Virus record (IMG/VR): IMGVR_UViG_3300027852_000004
Reading direction: 5' to 3' (one strand)
Length of the DNA: 64,000 nucleotides
Source of the DNA: an uncultured virus (IMG/VR IMGVR_UViG_3300027852_000004)
Lineage: Duplodnaviria > Heunggongvirae > Uroviricota > Caudoviricetes
Both the position numbers and the translations under genes were made by a program. The notes beneath the pieces are model-generated. The model searched no databases and was not told the DNA's origin. It worked only from the letters and a program-made list of their open reading frames with translations. This document shows, in pieces, positions 7,959 to 18,095 of the stretch. How positions within the stretch are numbered: position 1 is the first letter of the stretch; the number at the start of each line of letters is the position of its first letter.

Positions 7959-10900
7959 ATGACGCTCCTGACGCTACCTAAATATCTGCACCCAGATCAC
8001 AGAGCCGGAGTTAAACCTACCGGCCCCGTGGCCTTGGACATGTCCCACCCGTTGGCACGAAAACTTAGACTGGGAATACTTTTCAGAAATAACGGTGCTC
8101 AAATTGATTTAACTGGGCGTCACAGTTTATCGTGGGTAGATGATAATGGAGTCGGCCAGATATTCAAAGGTCGTGAGGTACTCTATAAGACAGATACCCC
8201 TAACGGCTATCTGGAAGTTGAGCCCCGAATAGATTACTTGAATACTGATCCATGGTCTATTGCGTGGCGTAGCCAACAAGAAGACCTCGCTAACGGCAGT
8301 ATGATTGCGGGTGATAGGTCCGAGACTGACACCAACCTGTGGGAGCGTCCCGGCTCTTATCTGAGATTGGAGGCATTTAGCAGCAGTAGCTATAACGAGA
8401 CCAACATTGCAAATTTCAGCCAATTTGCTAGTAAGGTCGTAACTTCAAGTGGTGGCGGAGTTTCTAGCAGTGATCTACGTATGTACGAAAATGGTGTAGG
8501 GTACCTTACCAGTTCCACAGCTACACTTGCCTATAAAATTAAACAGGTTTTGAGTTCATATAACAGTGAAGGCTACAACTATGAGGGCTGGCTTGATTAT
8601 GTCTATATCTTTGATAGTGAGCTGACTCCTGCAGAAGCTAAAAGTCTACATGTAGACCCTTACCAACTACTCAAGCCTGCTATTCCTATGCATACGTTCA
8701 TATCCACACCCATACTTGACGTAGTGACAACTACCTACCCACTTGAGCTGCCTAAACGCCTGCATCCTGACTTCGCAATCAGAGGCCGCCAACCTACTGG
8801 CGCTGTGGCCATAGATTGGTCCAACCCTTTAACTAAGGGATTGTTGTTCTTTCAAAGTGGTGACCGAAATTATGTGGACGGTACACGTGCCAAACGTATC
8901 GACGCAACTGGTGCGCGTGAGATCGGAGACAACGCTAGGGTTATTGCCAGTAATAATTCGTCAGATGCTGGCTGGGTTTTTGAAGCACCTTCAGTGATTG
9001 GGCTTGGAGGTAGTAATGAGTTCACCTTTGGAGGTAAATTCTCACTACCATCTAACGTGATTGATAGGGGTGTTATGTCCGTCCCTGCGACCAGAAGTTC
9101 GTACATAGCTCCTTATGCTTCCGTATATCTATATCAACAAGTATCAGACCTGTTCACGATTGGCTACAATGCCGCAGGAACATATCAGAAACGTGAGTTC
9201 ACTACCCCAGCATTTTCAAACACTACTTATAGAAGCATTATCCTGACTAGAAAAGACGGCTTTTCTTCAATATTCGAAGACGGTGTATTAAAAGAAACTG
9301 ATACTATTATTAGCGGGGATGTTGGGGCGGTCACTGTTCCGGCGGTGTGTCTGTTCAGTATTGATGAAAATAGGAATGGTGCGGAAGGGCGGTCTGAATG
9401 GTCAGCTATATGGAGTCGGGAATTAACTGCACTTGAGATCAAGGCAATATCTGACGACCCATACCAGATTCTCAAACCCATCGTTCCTATGCCTATGTTC
9501 ATATCTGACGTAGTGACATCCACCTATCCGATTGAGCTGCCTAAGCGTGCTCACCCAGACTTCGTACCTAAGAAGCATCCCATCACCTCAATTGAGATTG
9601 ACAGGTCGAATAAATTTGGGCGGCATATTGTTGAGGCGATCATCCCCCGTGGCGGAGCGTTAGTATCGTTCAAGCCTGACCCGTCCCCTATGAGACGTAT
9701 AGGCACCAGCACTGGCTATGGAGTTAGGGCCGGTAAATTTTATGGTTTAGGATCTGCGGTTAACTATTGGGAACGTTCCGGTATTATCAAGGCTAAGAAT
9801 GCGTTGACGTTTATGTGTCGTCAAAAGTGGAATGGTTCTTTAACCCCGAATAACGGTGCAAATTCCGTTATGATCGCGGACACTAATCAATCCGTTTGGG
9901 GTACTTCTGGGTGCCACTTCAATATCAAACGGAATGACGCTCAGACGAATGTGTTTGTAGGTACAGGTACAACCGCCATGTCTGGGATATCAGTAGATGT
10001 GTCGGATGGTAATTGGCACGATGTGGCCGCGACCATGACTCAAGGTGATCCGGGGGCAATTTATGTTGATAGTATTGAGGTTAGTTCTTACGGGTCACAA
10101 CCTAATATGACTTTCACTGAAAGCACCACAGGAAGAACTCGAGTAGGCTACTATTATGACGACCAAAATGCACACACCTTAGATAGTGATGTTGGCTACG
10201 TTTTCATCCTTGATAAAGAGTTAAGCGCCTCAGAGGTACGAGAGTTGCACGCCGACCCCTATCAAGTATTCAAGCCTGCTGTACCTGCAGTCGCATTCGC
10301 GCAGGTTTCGGCTAGTGCTACACTTTATTTGCGTCCAGACGCTGACGATACTGACGGCGGTTGGACTCGTGATACAGGATCGAATATTGATCTGTACTCG
10401 GCAATAGATGAAGTCACCGCTAGTGATGTAGATTACATCCAGTCTGAAAGTTCCCCCACAGCAGACAAATGTAAAGTGAGCCTGTCCAATCCTGGAGGAA
10501 CCGTAAACACTGAGTCAGCCCATAGGCTCAAGTATCGCTACAAACGTTCCAATACAAGCCAAGCCATAGACTTAACTGCACGTCTAGTTCAAGGCTCCGG
10601 TGGGTTCACTATGACGGAGTTACCTAAGTCACTACACCCAGACTTCTCAGAACTTGATCGCAAGCCCGTAGGTAAAGTGGTCTTGGATATGAGCAATCCT
10701 CTGGCGCAAAAGTTGAAGCTGTGCTGCCTGTTTGACGGCCAACGCAAGATCGTTGATTACACGGGTAATCATCAGATATCACTTTATCCGGCGGCAGGTA
10801 TTGCTGAAATTCATGAAGGTCGCCAGACTTTACTTTGCGTCACTAATATGTGGTCCTCTATATCTCCGGGTATGGATTTTTCTATGAACGATCCTTGGAC

Positions 10901-11501
10901 TGTCGCATGGCGAAGTCAGGCTAGCACGGCGAATGATGGTAGGATTTGTGGTACGGCGTCGGAAGAGAGTAATAACTACCTATGGGAACGTAATGCAGCA
11001 TATTTAAGTTTTTCTGGCAATCTGACATCTGCTGAACACGTCACTGAAACCAATATCACTGACTTTGAAAGTGGGATGGATCATAAGGCGATATCTTCCA
11101 GTGGTGAAGGTACATCTTCGAGTGATATCAGGATGTACCAAGGCAAAAACGCTTATCTGTCTGGAACTGGTATATCTACCGACTGGTATCTGGATACACT
11201 GTTCCAAGGTGGTATAAATGGGACTTACGCCTATCGCGGATGGTTCGACTACTTCTATGTGTTCAATGCGGAATTAACTCAAGCCGAAATAGATAGCCTG
11301 CAGCGCAATCCTTATCAAGTATTCAAACCCGCCGCACCTATGATGGTCCCCACATCCACAACTGCGATCATTGCATCTTGGACTCATACGAGCATCAGTG
11401 ATTCATATACTGATGCCATTCAAACATTAACTGCACCTCAGATTGCAAGTATCACCGATTATGATGATCTGTTCCTAGAATTGGAGGCTAATGTTCCATA
11501 A
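7959..11501 (+). CDS. Multi-module LamG/concanavalin-like adhesin
   Basis: Four modules bounded by LPKxxHPD and (D/N)PYQxxKPxxP, each ending in a LamG-like strand plus ELTxxE helix. Confidence 0.75.
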   Translation: MTLLTLPKYLHPDHRAGVKPTGPVALDMSHPLARKLRLGILFRNNGAQIDLTGRHSLSWVDDNGVGQIFKGREVLYKTDTPNGYLEVEPRIDYLNTDPWSIAWRSQQEDLANGSMIAGDRSETDTNLWERPGSYLRLEAFSSSSYNETNIANFSQFASKVVTSSGGGVSSSDLRMYENGVGYLTSSTATLAYKIKQVLSSYNSEGYNYEGWLDYVYIFDSELTPAEAKSLHVDPYQLLKPAIPMHTFISTPILDVVTTTYPLELPKRLHPDFAIRGRQPTGAVAIDWSNPLTKGLLFFQSGDRNYVDGTRAKRIDATGAREIGDNARVIASNNSSDAGWVFEAPSVIGLGGSNEFTFGGKFSLPSNVIDRGVMSVPATRSSYIAPYASVYLYQQVSDLFTIGYNAAGTYQKREFTTPAFSNTTYRSIILTRKDGFSSIFEDGVLKETDTIISGDVGAVTVPAVCLFSIDENRNGAEGRSEWSAIWSRELTALEIKAISDDPYQILKPIVPMPMFISDVVTSTYPIELPKRAHPDFVPKKHPITSIEIDRSNKFGRHIVEAIIPRGGALVSFKPDPSPMRRIGTSTGYGVRAGKFYGLGSAVNYWERSGIIKAKNALTFMCRQKWNGSLTPNNGANSVMIADTNQSVWGTSGCHFNIKRNDAQTNVFVGTGTTAMSGISVDVSDGNWHDVAATMTQGDPGAIYVDSIEVSSYGSQPNMTFTESTTGRTRVGYYYDDQNAHTLDSDVGYVFILDKELSASEVRELHADPYQVFKPAVPAVAFAQVSASATLYLRPDADDTDGGWTRDTGSNIDLYSAIDEVTASDVDYIQSESSPTADKCKVSLSNPGGTVNTESAHRLKYRYKRSNTSQAIDLTARLVQGSGGFTMTELPKSLHPDFSELDRKPVGKVVLDMSNPLAQKLKLCCLFDGQRKIVDYTGNHQISLYPAAGIAEIHEGRQTLLCVTNMWSSISPGMDFSMNDPWTVAWRSQASTANDGRICGTASEESNNYLWERNAAYLSFSGNLTSAEHVTETNITDFESGMDHKAISSSGEGTSSSDIRMYQGKNAYLSGTGISTDWYLDTLFQGGINGTYAYRGWFDYFYVFNAELTQAEIDSLQRNPYQVFKPAAPMMVPTSTTAIIASWTHTSISDSYTDAIQTLTAPQIASITDYDDLFLELEANVP

Positions 11502-14170
11502 TGGCAACCTTAACACAACTCCTCCTTGATGCTGATGGTTTAATCGATGCCGACATCTTCCATGATGCCGGTACGGGTACACCATTCTATACACATGCCA
11601 ATGATGCACCTAATGGAGCCAGTTCGGATTGGGTAGCTAATGATAATTCTGAAACATCAGGTGCTGCGTGGTTCAGTCTATCAAATGTAAATGCTGATTT
11701 TGATAGCATGGATACGCTCAATATTGATGTAGATATCCAAGCTGTGGGTTTCTCGAATGATACATGTACCTTAACTGCACGTATCTATGATGCTAATAAT
11801 GATACGACAAATCCTCTGACGAACGAAACTGGTAATCTTGGTAGCCACGCAGATAGTACACGAGTGCAGAGAAATGTTACATTCTCAGGTCTGACGGGTA
11901 CAGCAACTCAATGGAACTCCGCTTATATTCGGTTCACTTGGACCTACTCTAAGACAGCAGGGCCAGATAACGCCAATCTTCAATTATTCGGCGTAGACAT
12001 TGATGGGACATACACTGCTGCAGGAACTACTACCCAACGTACGTTTACCTCTGCTAGTGTATCAACTGCAGCACTCCTGACCACTAAGCGTGCATCCCCA
12101 ATATTTGCTTCAGCCGGCGCATCAACTACCGTACTCTCAACTTCCAAGAGAGCTAAGGCGGCATTTGTAGCTACTAGTACATCTTCAATGGCTGCCATCA
12201 ACTCTAGAAAGATTCTGACCGCCTTCCTAAGTTCCTCTACATCGGCTACGGCATTGATAGCCTCTAAATTAGGTAAGGCAACGTTCACATCCACATCGGG
12301 GTCATCGACCACATTTGTATCGACTAAGCGTGGTGCTGCAGTATTCGCATCTACATCTACGTCTGGTGCAGTATTCAATGGGTTACTAGTAGGTGGTGCC
12401 GAGAATGCGGTCTTCTTAGCTGCATCTACAAGTTCAATATACTTAAATCCTTCATTACTGGCTAGGGCTCAAGTTAGCTGGGCCGAGTTTAGTGTGTCTG
12501 AGGAAGCTGAGGGCTCTACTTCTCAACGTACGTATTTATCAGCATCAACGAGCGTCTTAGCACTCCTAGCCGTCAAGCGTAGTTCCGCTGCATACGTATC
12601 CGCAAGTGTATCTACTACTACGTTTTTAACTACTAAACGTGTGTCTCCCATATTCTTGTCTGCATCAAGTTCGGCAGCACAATTCGTTAGCTCTAAACGT
12701 ACCAAAGCCACCTTCGCTTCAGTTAGTGCATCAGTTACACAATTTGTTCCTCGAACAAGTGGTGCTGCCGCATTTGCAGCCAATTCGGTTTCCTCTACAC
12801 AATTTATTAGTACCAAACGTTCGCCAGCACTATTCAATAGCCCATCAGTCTCTAGCTTAGCACTCCTGACTACTAAACGCTCCACTGCACTATTCAATAG
12901 TGCATCTGTGAGCACCCTAACACTCCTGACATCCAAACGTTCCAACACCCTCTTTTCAAGTGCGGCAGTTTCAGTATTAATTCTCCCGGCTACTAAACGA
13001 AGCACTACTCAATTTACATCTACCGACACGTCGACCACTACATTGTTGACCTCTAAACGTTCTACTTCAGTATTTGACAGTGTATCTACAAGCACCCTAA
13101 CACTCGCACATTCTAAACGAGGCGCAGCTCAATTCGCGAGTACCTCAGCATCTACGGCTGATTTTACTGCTAGGTTGGCGTCTATCAATGCACAGCGTCA
13201 GTTCTCCAGCGTATCTACGGGCACTTTAACCGCAGCCCCAACAGCAACGATCGGCCGAGCCTATCTGTCAGTAGCCACATCTACACTGGCACTGTTGGCA
13301 TCTAAACGTTCCACCTCGATATTCAGTAGCGCGTCAGTTTCCACAACTGCCATGCTGGTATCTAAACGTGCATCTCCTACATTTAGTAGTGCATCCACAT
13401 CCACCACAGCATTTACACCCACTAAGCATGGCGTAGCAATATTTAATGCCACGGCAGCATCGACAGCGTCCTTTGTCACTAGTGGCTCCAAGTTTGCAGT
13501 ATTCAGCAGCTCATCTACAAGCACAACTCAACTCGTACCCACCTTAACGGCTAAAGGTGTATTCACTTCGACATCAGCTTCGGTAGCTACTTTTAACGGT
13601 GCCCTGGCTGCAGTCACATCTCAACGTACCTTTAGTGCCTCAGCCACTTCGACAATAGCATTACTCGCATCCAAACGTGCAAATGGGTCATTCTTAAGTG
13701 CTGATCAGTCCCAAGTCACATTGATAACCACCCTACGTGCTGTAGGACGATTCTCAAGTGTGTCGACTTCTACGGCAGTATTTAATCCTGGATCAAGTTT
13801 AACTGCAGCATTCTCAAGTGAGTCCGTTTCAGCCATTACGCTGGTAGCATCCAAACGTTCATCCACGACATTCACATCTGGAAGTCTATCTACTCTATCC
13901 CTAGTACGTAGTAAACGTGCATCGCCATTATGGTCCAGTACCTCAGTATCGGCTCTAACTTTTGAAACTACTCTATCAGGTGTACGTGTATATGCATCTA
14001 ATGCAATTAGTGATGCAATATTCACCCCAACACGTAAACCCTTTGTAACTGAAGATACTACTCATAAGCGTCTTGTTAACTACCTCGATGATAAGGTGCA
14101 TACGCAATATACTAAAGATGAAGTCGAGATAAACTATCTTGACGATGAAATTAAAGAGAATTGGATATAG
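11501..14170 (+). CDS. Ser/Thr/Ala-rich repeat protein, putative fibre scaffold
   Basis: N-terminal beta domain followed by roughly 30 repeats of about 20 aa, (S/T)KRxxxxFxSxSxSTxxL. Confidence 0.7.
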   Translation: MATLTQLLLDADGLIDADIFHDAGTGTPFYTHANDAPNGASSDWVANDNSETSGAAWFSLSNVNADFDSMDTLNIDVDIQAVGFSNDTCTLTARIYDANNDTTNPLTNETGNLGSHADSTRVQRNVTFSGLTGTATQWNSAYIRFTWTYSKTAGPDNANLQLFGVDIDGTYTAAGTTTQRTFTSASVSTAALLTTKRASPIFASAGASTTVLSTSKRAKAAFVATSTSSMAAINSRKILTAFLSSSTSATALIASKLGKATFTSTSGSSTTFVSTKRGAAVFASTSTSGAVFNGLLVGGAENAVFLAASTSSIYLNPSLLARAQVSWAEFSVSEEAEGSTSQRTYLSASTSVLALLAVKRSSAAYVSASVSTTTFLTTKRVSPIFLSASSSAAQFVSSKRTKATFASVSASVTQFVPRTSGAAAFAANSVSSTQFISTKRSPALFNSPSVSSLALLTTKRSTALFNSASVSTLTLLTSKRSNTLFSSAAVSVLILPATKRSTTQFTSTDTSTTTLLTSKRSTSVFDSVSTSTLTLAHSKRGAAQFASTSASTADFTARLASINAQRQFSSVSTGTLTAAPTATIGRAYLSVATSTLALLASKRSTSIFSSASVSTTAMLVSKRASPTFSSASTSTTAFTPTKHGVAIFNATAASTASFVTSGSKFAVFSSSSTSTTQLVPTLTAKGVFTSTSASVATFNGALAAVTSQRTFSASATSTIALLASKRANGSFLSADQSQVTLITTLRAVGRFSSVSTSTAVFNPGSSLTAAFSSESVSAITLVASKRSSTTFTSGSLSTLSLVRSKRASPLWSSTSVSALTFETTLSGVRVYASNAISDAIFTPTRKPFVTEDTTHKRLVNYLDDKVHTQYTKDEVEINYLDDEIKENWI

Positions 14171-14171
14171 C

Positions 14172-14501
14172 ATGGTTAATCTAGTCAGAGTACGTGGGGA
14201 TACTTATCCAGTTCCACGCGTCGTAAAATCCACCGAAACGAAAGCCGTAGCTGATATTACTGGCTGGTCTATTGTAGTCGTTGTAAGTACTGAACCTTTT
14301 CCTGCAGATAGTGCAGATCAGGTGTTTACTGTTAATGCGACGCTAACAACCCCAGCATCAGGCAGATATCAATGGGCACCTGAAGCCTCACATGCAGACA
14401 ATGTTGGCAGGATGTTCTTCGGTGTAGTCGCAACTAAACCTGATACCTCAATTGAGACCCTAGAGACTGGTTTATATACCGTTAATGAAGGCGTCAAATA
14501 A
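14172..14501 (+). CDS. BppU N-terminal-like adaptor protein
   Basis: RVRGDT...DITG...PASGRYQW.P pattern. Confidence 0.6.
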   Translation: MVNLVRVRGDTYPVPRVVKSTETKAVADITGWSIVVVVSTEPFPADSADQVFTVNATLTTPASGRYQWAPEASHADNVGRMFFGVVATKPDTSIETLETGLYTVNEGVK

Positions 14502-14570
14502 CACTACACCCACTACTGCGGCTCCCGCTAGAGAGCACTGCAACGGTCCGATATTTAGTGTTTTAACCAG

Positions 14571-14599
14571 TTGAATGTGCCTTAGCTCTACTGTATAAT
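14571..14599 (+). promoter_or_regulatory. sigma70-like promoter of head/tail operon
   Basis: TTGAAT-N17-TATAAT, preceded by TTAACCAG. Confidence 0.7.
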
Positions 14600-14633
14600 A
14601 AAATTAATCAACCAGTGCATTAGGATTTTACTC

Positions 14634-16130
14634 ATGCGTCAGATGTTTAACGTACTTACTACTGCAGACACATCATCAATAAGAACGGGGACTTATAATG
14701 GGTTGGAACATCGTATCGTTCCACTCGTTGCCATCGTCGAAGGTGTACTCCACAGTGCCAACTCTGAACACCCCGAATTGGCGCTTGCTGCGGAATTTGG
14801 TAAACATCCTCAAGGCTGGAACGGTCGACCAGTTGTTATGAATCATCCTAAAGTTAACGGCTCATTTGTAAGTGCAGGCCAACCTGAAATTTTAGAGGAA
14901 TGGTCCTATGGCTTACTGTTTAACACCCGAGTTGAAGATTCAAAGCTCAAGACTGAGGCCTGGCTGGATGTTGGTAAAATTAATTCTGCGGGTGGTGAAA
15001 TTCAGGAAATCCTTTCAAGCATTGAAAATGGCGGACTTGTTGAAGTTTCAACCGGGTTGTATGCATCTGTAGACCAGCAGAATGGGCGTTTCAATAGTGA
15101 TACGTATGAGGGTATCTGGAGATCAATTTCACCAGACCACCTTGCTTTATTATCAGCAGGAACTATTGGTGCATGTTCCATCGAAGACGGTTGTGGGATT
15201 CCACGATTGAATAACGTTCGCCAAAGTGCACCTGTTCAAACCAACTCTGATTGCGATGCTGGCTGTACTGATTGTGCGGAATGCCGTGATCAGGCAAACC
15301 AGGAGAGCACAATGGATACCCCCGAACAAGAACAACTTCGCATTGATAAGCGTGCTGCATTGCTGACCGAACTATGTGATGGACTTTTCACCAATGAAGT
15401 TCCTTCCGACTTACCCGTCGATTCCGTACGTTCACTTTTGCTATCGGCTTTGACCGAACGCTATCCTGAAGACCTCTATACGATTCACACCTTTACAACC
15501 GGACAGGTGGTATTCGAACTGTGGTCTACAATGGATAAATTCGCCCTCAATTACTCCATTGCAAACGACAAAGCTGCACTGGACGAAGGTGAACCTACCA
15601 AGATTAACATTATCAACCGTATTGTGGCCGCTCTTGATGGCTCTGATGCGAACACCGAAGCTGCTGACGCGGCCCAAACCTCAGAGGAAGATACTATCAT
15701 GGACAATGAAAACGCTACAGATGGGGCCCCCACTGGAGTCGAAGCCGAAGTCGAAGATGCAGCAATCGTTACCGATCCCATCGTTGCAGATCCTGCAATT
15801 GCAGAACCTGCGGCAAATGCAGCACCCATCTCGGTCGAGGCTTATTTGAATTCGGCTCCTGCTGAAATTCGTGAATCACTCACTGCCGGACTGAAATTGC
15901 ACGCCGAACGTAAAGCCTCACTTGTAGGCAAACTTCTTGCAAACGAGCGGAACACGTTTCCTGAGGAAATGCTGAACAGTTTCGATATCGAAATGTTGGA
16001 ACGTGTTTCTACGCTGGCCAATATCCCCACATTTGAGGGTGCTGCACCAGTATCCCCCAGTGTGAATGCAGTTGATTCTCAAGCAGCACCAATTGCGGCG
16101 CAAGCATTCCCACTAACCTTAGTCGAGTAA
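14634..16130 (+). CDS. Head maturation protease/scaffold (DUF2213-like)
   Basis: WNGRPVVMNHP, EVSTG, PDHLALL...GACS..DGCG; acidic C-terminal region. Confidence 0.85.
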   Translation: MRQMFNVLTTADTSSIRTGTYNGLEHRIVPLVAIVEGVLHSANSEHPELALAAEFGKHPQGWNGRPVVMNHPKVNGSFVSAGQPEILEEWSYGLLFNTRVEDSKLKTEAWLDVGKINSAGGEIQEILSSIENGGLVEVSTGLYASVDQQNGRFNSDTYEGIWRSISPDHLALLSAGTIGACSIEDGCGIPRLNNVRQSAPVQTNSDCDAGCTDCAECRDQANQESTMDTPEQEQLRIDKRAALLTELCDGLFTNEVPSDLPVDSVRSLLLSALTERYPEDLYTIHTFTTGQVVFELWSTMDKFALNYSIANDKAALDEGEPTKINIINRIVAALDGSDANTEAADAAQTSEEDTIMDNENATDGAPTGVEAEVEDAAIVTDPIVADPAIAEPAANAAPISVEAYLNSAPAEIRESLTAGLKLHAERKASLVGKLLANERNTFPEEMLNSFDIEMLERVSTLANIPTFEGAAPVSPSVNAVDSQAAPIAAQAFPLTLVE

Positions 16131-16170
16131 GCTGAGTTAGTATTAACCCCAGTCATAAGGATATAGAAAA

Positions 16171-16593
16171 ATGGCTCCTAGAACAATCGTCTTAAAAGGT
16201 AATGGTATCCGGAAAGAAGCGCCCGCTGGTGCAGCAATTACTCCAGGTCACCTGATCCAAATCAACTCTGCAGGTGCTGCAGTTGTTCATGCAACAGCCG
16301 CAGTAGCTACAGCCCCAGCTTATGCAATGGAAAATGAGCTGTTCGGTAATGGTATCGATGATGACTATGCCGCAACAGATCAAGTACTTTTTGAAGTACT
16401 ACCTCCAGGCTCTGAAGTGTATGCTTTGCTGGCGGCGGCCGCAACTGCAGTTGTGGTAGGTAGCAAACTAGAATCTGCGGGTGATGGTACTGTACGTCTT
16501 TTAGCTGCAGGTGTCGCTATCGCTGAAGCCACTGAGGCCGTAGATAACTCCGGTGGCGGTGCACCTGCACGCATCATTATCTCCACCATTTAA
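16171..16593 (+). CDS. Head decoration/cement protein
   Basis: Small Ala/Gly-rich gene between protease and MCP. Confidence 0.75.
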   Translation: MAPRTIVLKGNGIRKEAPAGAAITPGHLIQINSAGAAVVHATAAVATAPAYAMENELFGNGIDDDYAATDQVLFEVLPPGSEVYALLAAAATAVVVGSKLESAGDGTVRLLAAGVAIAEATEAVDNSGGGAPARIIISTI

Positions 16594-16630
16594 CCCGGGA
16601 AGTCCTCCCTAACTGAAAGGAACTACGCGT

Positions 16631-17620
16631 ATGGAAAACGCAGCAATCGATTCCCTGGTAATGAATGGGAACAATATGCAGGCGGGTGGTGATGTTGCTT
16701 CACGACTACTTGCATCAAATTTCGACGTTAATGCTTTGCGTACAAATGATGTCCTTCGTCGTGACGAATGGATTGATTTCGATTCAACTGTTGTCGAAGT
16801 TACACGTGAACGTCTTGGTGCCGTTGCCGACTTGATTAACGCTGGACTACGTTATGACATCCCCAATGGTCTGGGCACTACTCGTCTTGAATGGGAACGT
16901 TCGAGTGATATCACCGATGCTGAAATTTCGATGGCTGGTGTTACTAGCGGGCAGCGTGATCGTCAAGAATTCAATCTGGCATCCATCCCACTACCTATCT
17001 TCCACAAAGATTTCCGTATCAACATTCGCGCGCTGGAATCTTCACGGAAACTTGGCCTACCGATGGATAAAACTCTGCCGGCTATGGCTACACGTAAGGT
17101 CGCCGAAATAACTGAGGCTACGTTGTTCTCAGGTGCCACTATTGCGGGTACTAATGGTACGATTTATGGTTACATGAACGCACCAAATCGTAACACTGGA
17201 TCAGTCACTGCATCCTGGGCTACTGCAACGGGTGCTCAAATCGTGACCGACACTCTTGCAATGATTTCTGCTGCAGTTGCTGACAACATGTTTGGCCCTT
17301 ATACAATCTATGTCTCCTATGCGGCTTATGTGCATATGGGCGAAGATCACAAGTTGGAATCTGACAAAACGATTCTTGATCGTGTTATGGCAATTCCCGC
17401 AATTGCAGCTGTCAAGCCCTCAACTCAAGTTACGGGCACAAACGTTCTGATGGTGCAGATGACAAGCGATGTTGTTGATATGGTTATCGGCCAGCAGCCG
17501 ACAACTGTTCAATGGGCGACTGAGGGTGGCTTCATCAAGCACTTCAAAGTCCTGTCAATCATGGTGCCTCGCATCAAGGATGACTACGATGGTCGTTCTG
17601 GTATCGTTCACTACTCGTAA
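16631..17620 (+). CDS. Major capsid protein (HK97 fold, linocin-M18-like)
   Basis: LRRDEW..FD..VV...RERL..VADL and PLPIFHKDF motifs; position; strong RBS. Confidence 0.9.
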   Translation: MENAAIDSLVMNGNNMQAGGDVASRLLASNFDVNALRTNDVLRRDEWIDFDSTVVEVTRERLGAVADLINAGLRYDIPNGLGTTRLEWERSSDITDAEISMAGVTSGQRDRQEFNLASIPLPIFHKDFRINIRALESSRKLGLPMDKTLPAMATRKVAEITEATLFSGATIAGTNGTIYGYMNAPNRNTGSVTASWATATGAQIVTDTLAMISAAVADNMFGPYTIYVSYAAYVHMGEDHKLESDKTILDRVMAIPAIAAVKPSTQVTGTNVLMVQMTSDVVDMVIGQQPTTVQWATEGGFIKHFKVLSIMVPRIKDDYDGRSGIVHYS

Positions 17621-17702
17621 GAGATCCACTACACATCTAATGGGGTGCACTTAGAAATTCGTGCATCCCAATACTAGATACATAAACCTTATGGAGGCAC
17701 CC

Positions 17703-18083
17703 ATGTCAAAAGTAGATAAAAAAGAGATTTACGTTCTAATGAATGGCACCCATACTATTCCTGATGGTAAGGGCGGCATTATCACCCACCGTGCTAATGA
17801 TCCGGCCATGAATCGCGTTTCTTTGAGCTTAGGCCAATATCAAAACTTCAAAGATAAATTCAAGCCCCTGAAAGAGGCTGAAGCTGAGCACACTATGCTT
17901 ATGGCCGCAGTCGAGGCTGAAAAAGCTGAAAAAGCGGAACGTGAGGCTGAGGCGAAAGAGGCTCGCGAAAAGATTCAGACTGATACACAAGCGGAACTTG
18001 AGGCTGAAGAGGCTGCTAAGAAAAAAGCAGAAGAAGCTAATGCTGCCTCTGCTAAAGCTAAAGCCGAAGCCACTAAAAAATAA
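17703..18083 (+). CDS. Hypothetical protein with Ala/Glu/Lys-rich C-terminus
   Basis: GGAGG RBS before ATG 17703. Confidence 0.7.
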   Translation: MSKVDKKEIYVLMNGTHTIPDGKGGIITHRANDPAMNRVSLSLGQYQNFKDKFKPLKEAEAEHTMLMAAVEAEKAEKAEREAEAKEAREKIQTDTQAELEAEEAAKKKAEEANAASAKAKAEATKK

Positions 18084-18095
18084 GGTTGAAGTCAA

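Noticed and set aside
7959..11501. Diversity-generating retroelement or shufflon
   Set aside because: No reverse transcriptase or invertase recognised; repeat differences are not adenine-specific and repeats are direct
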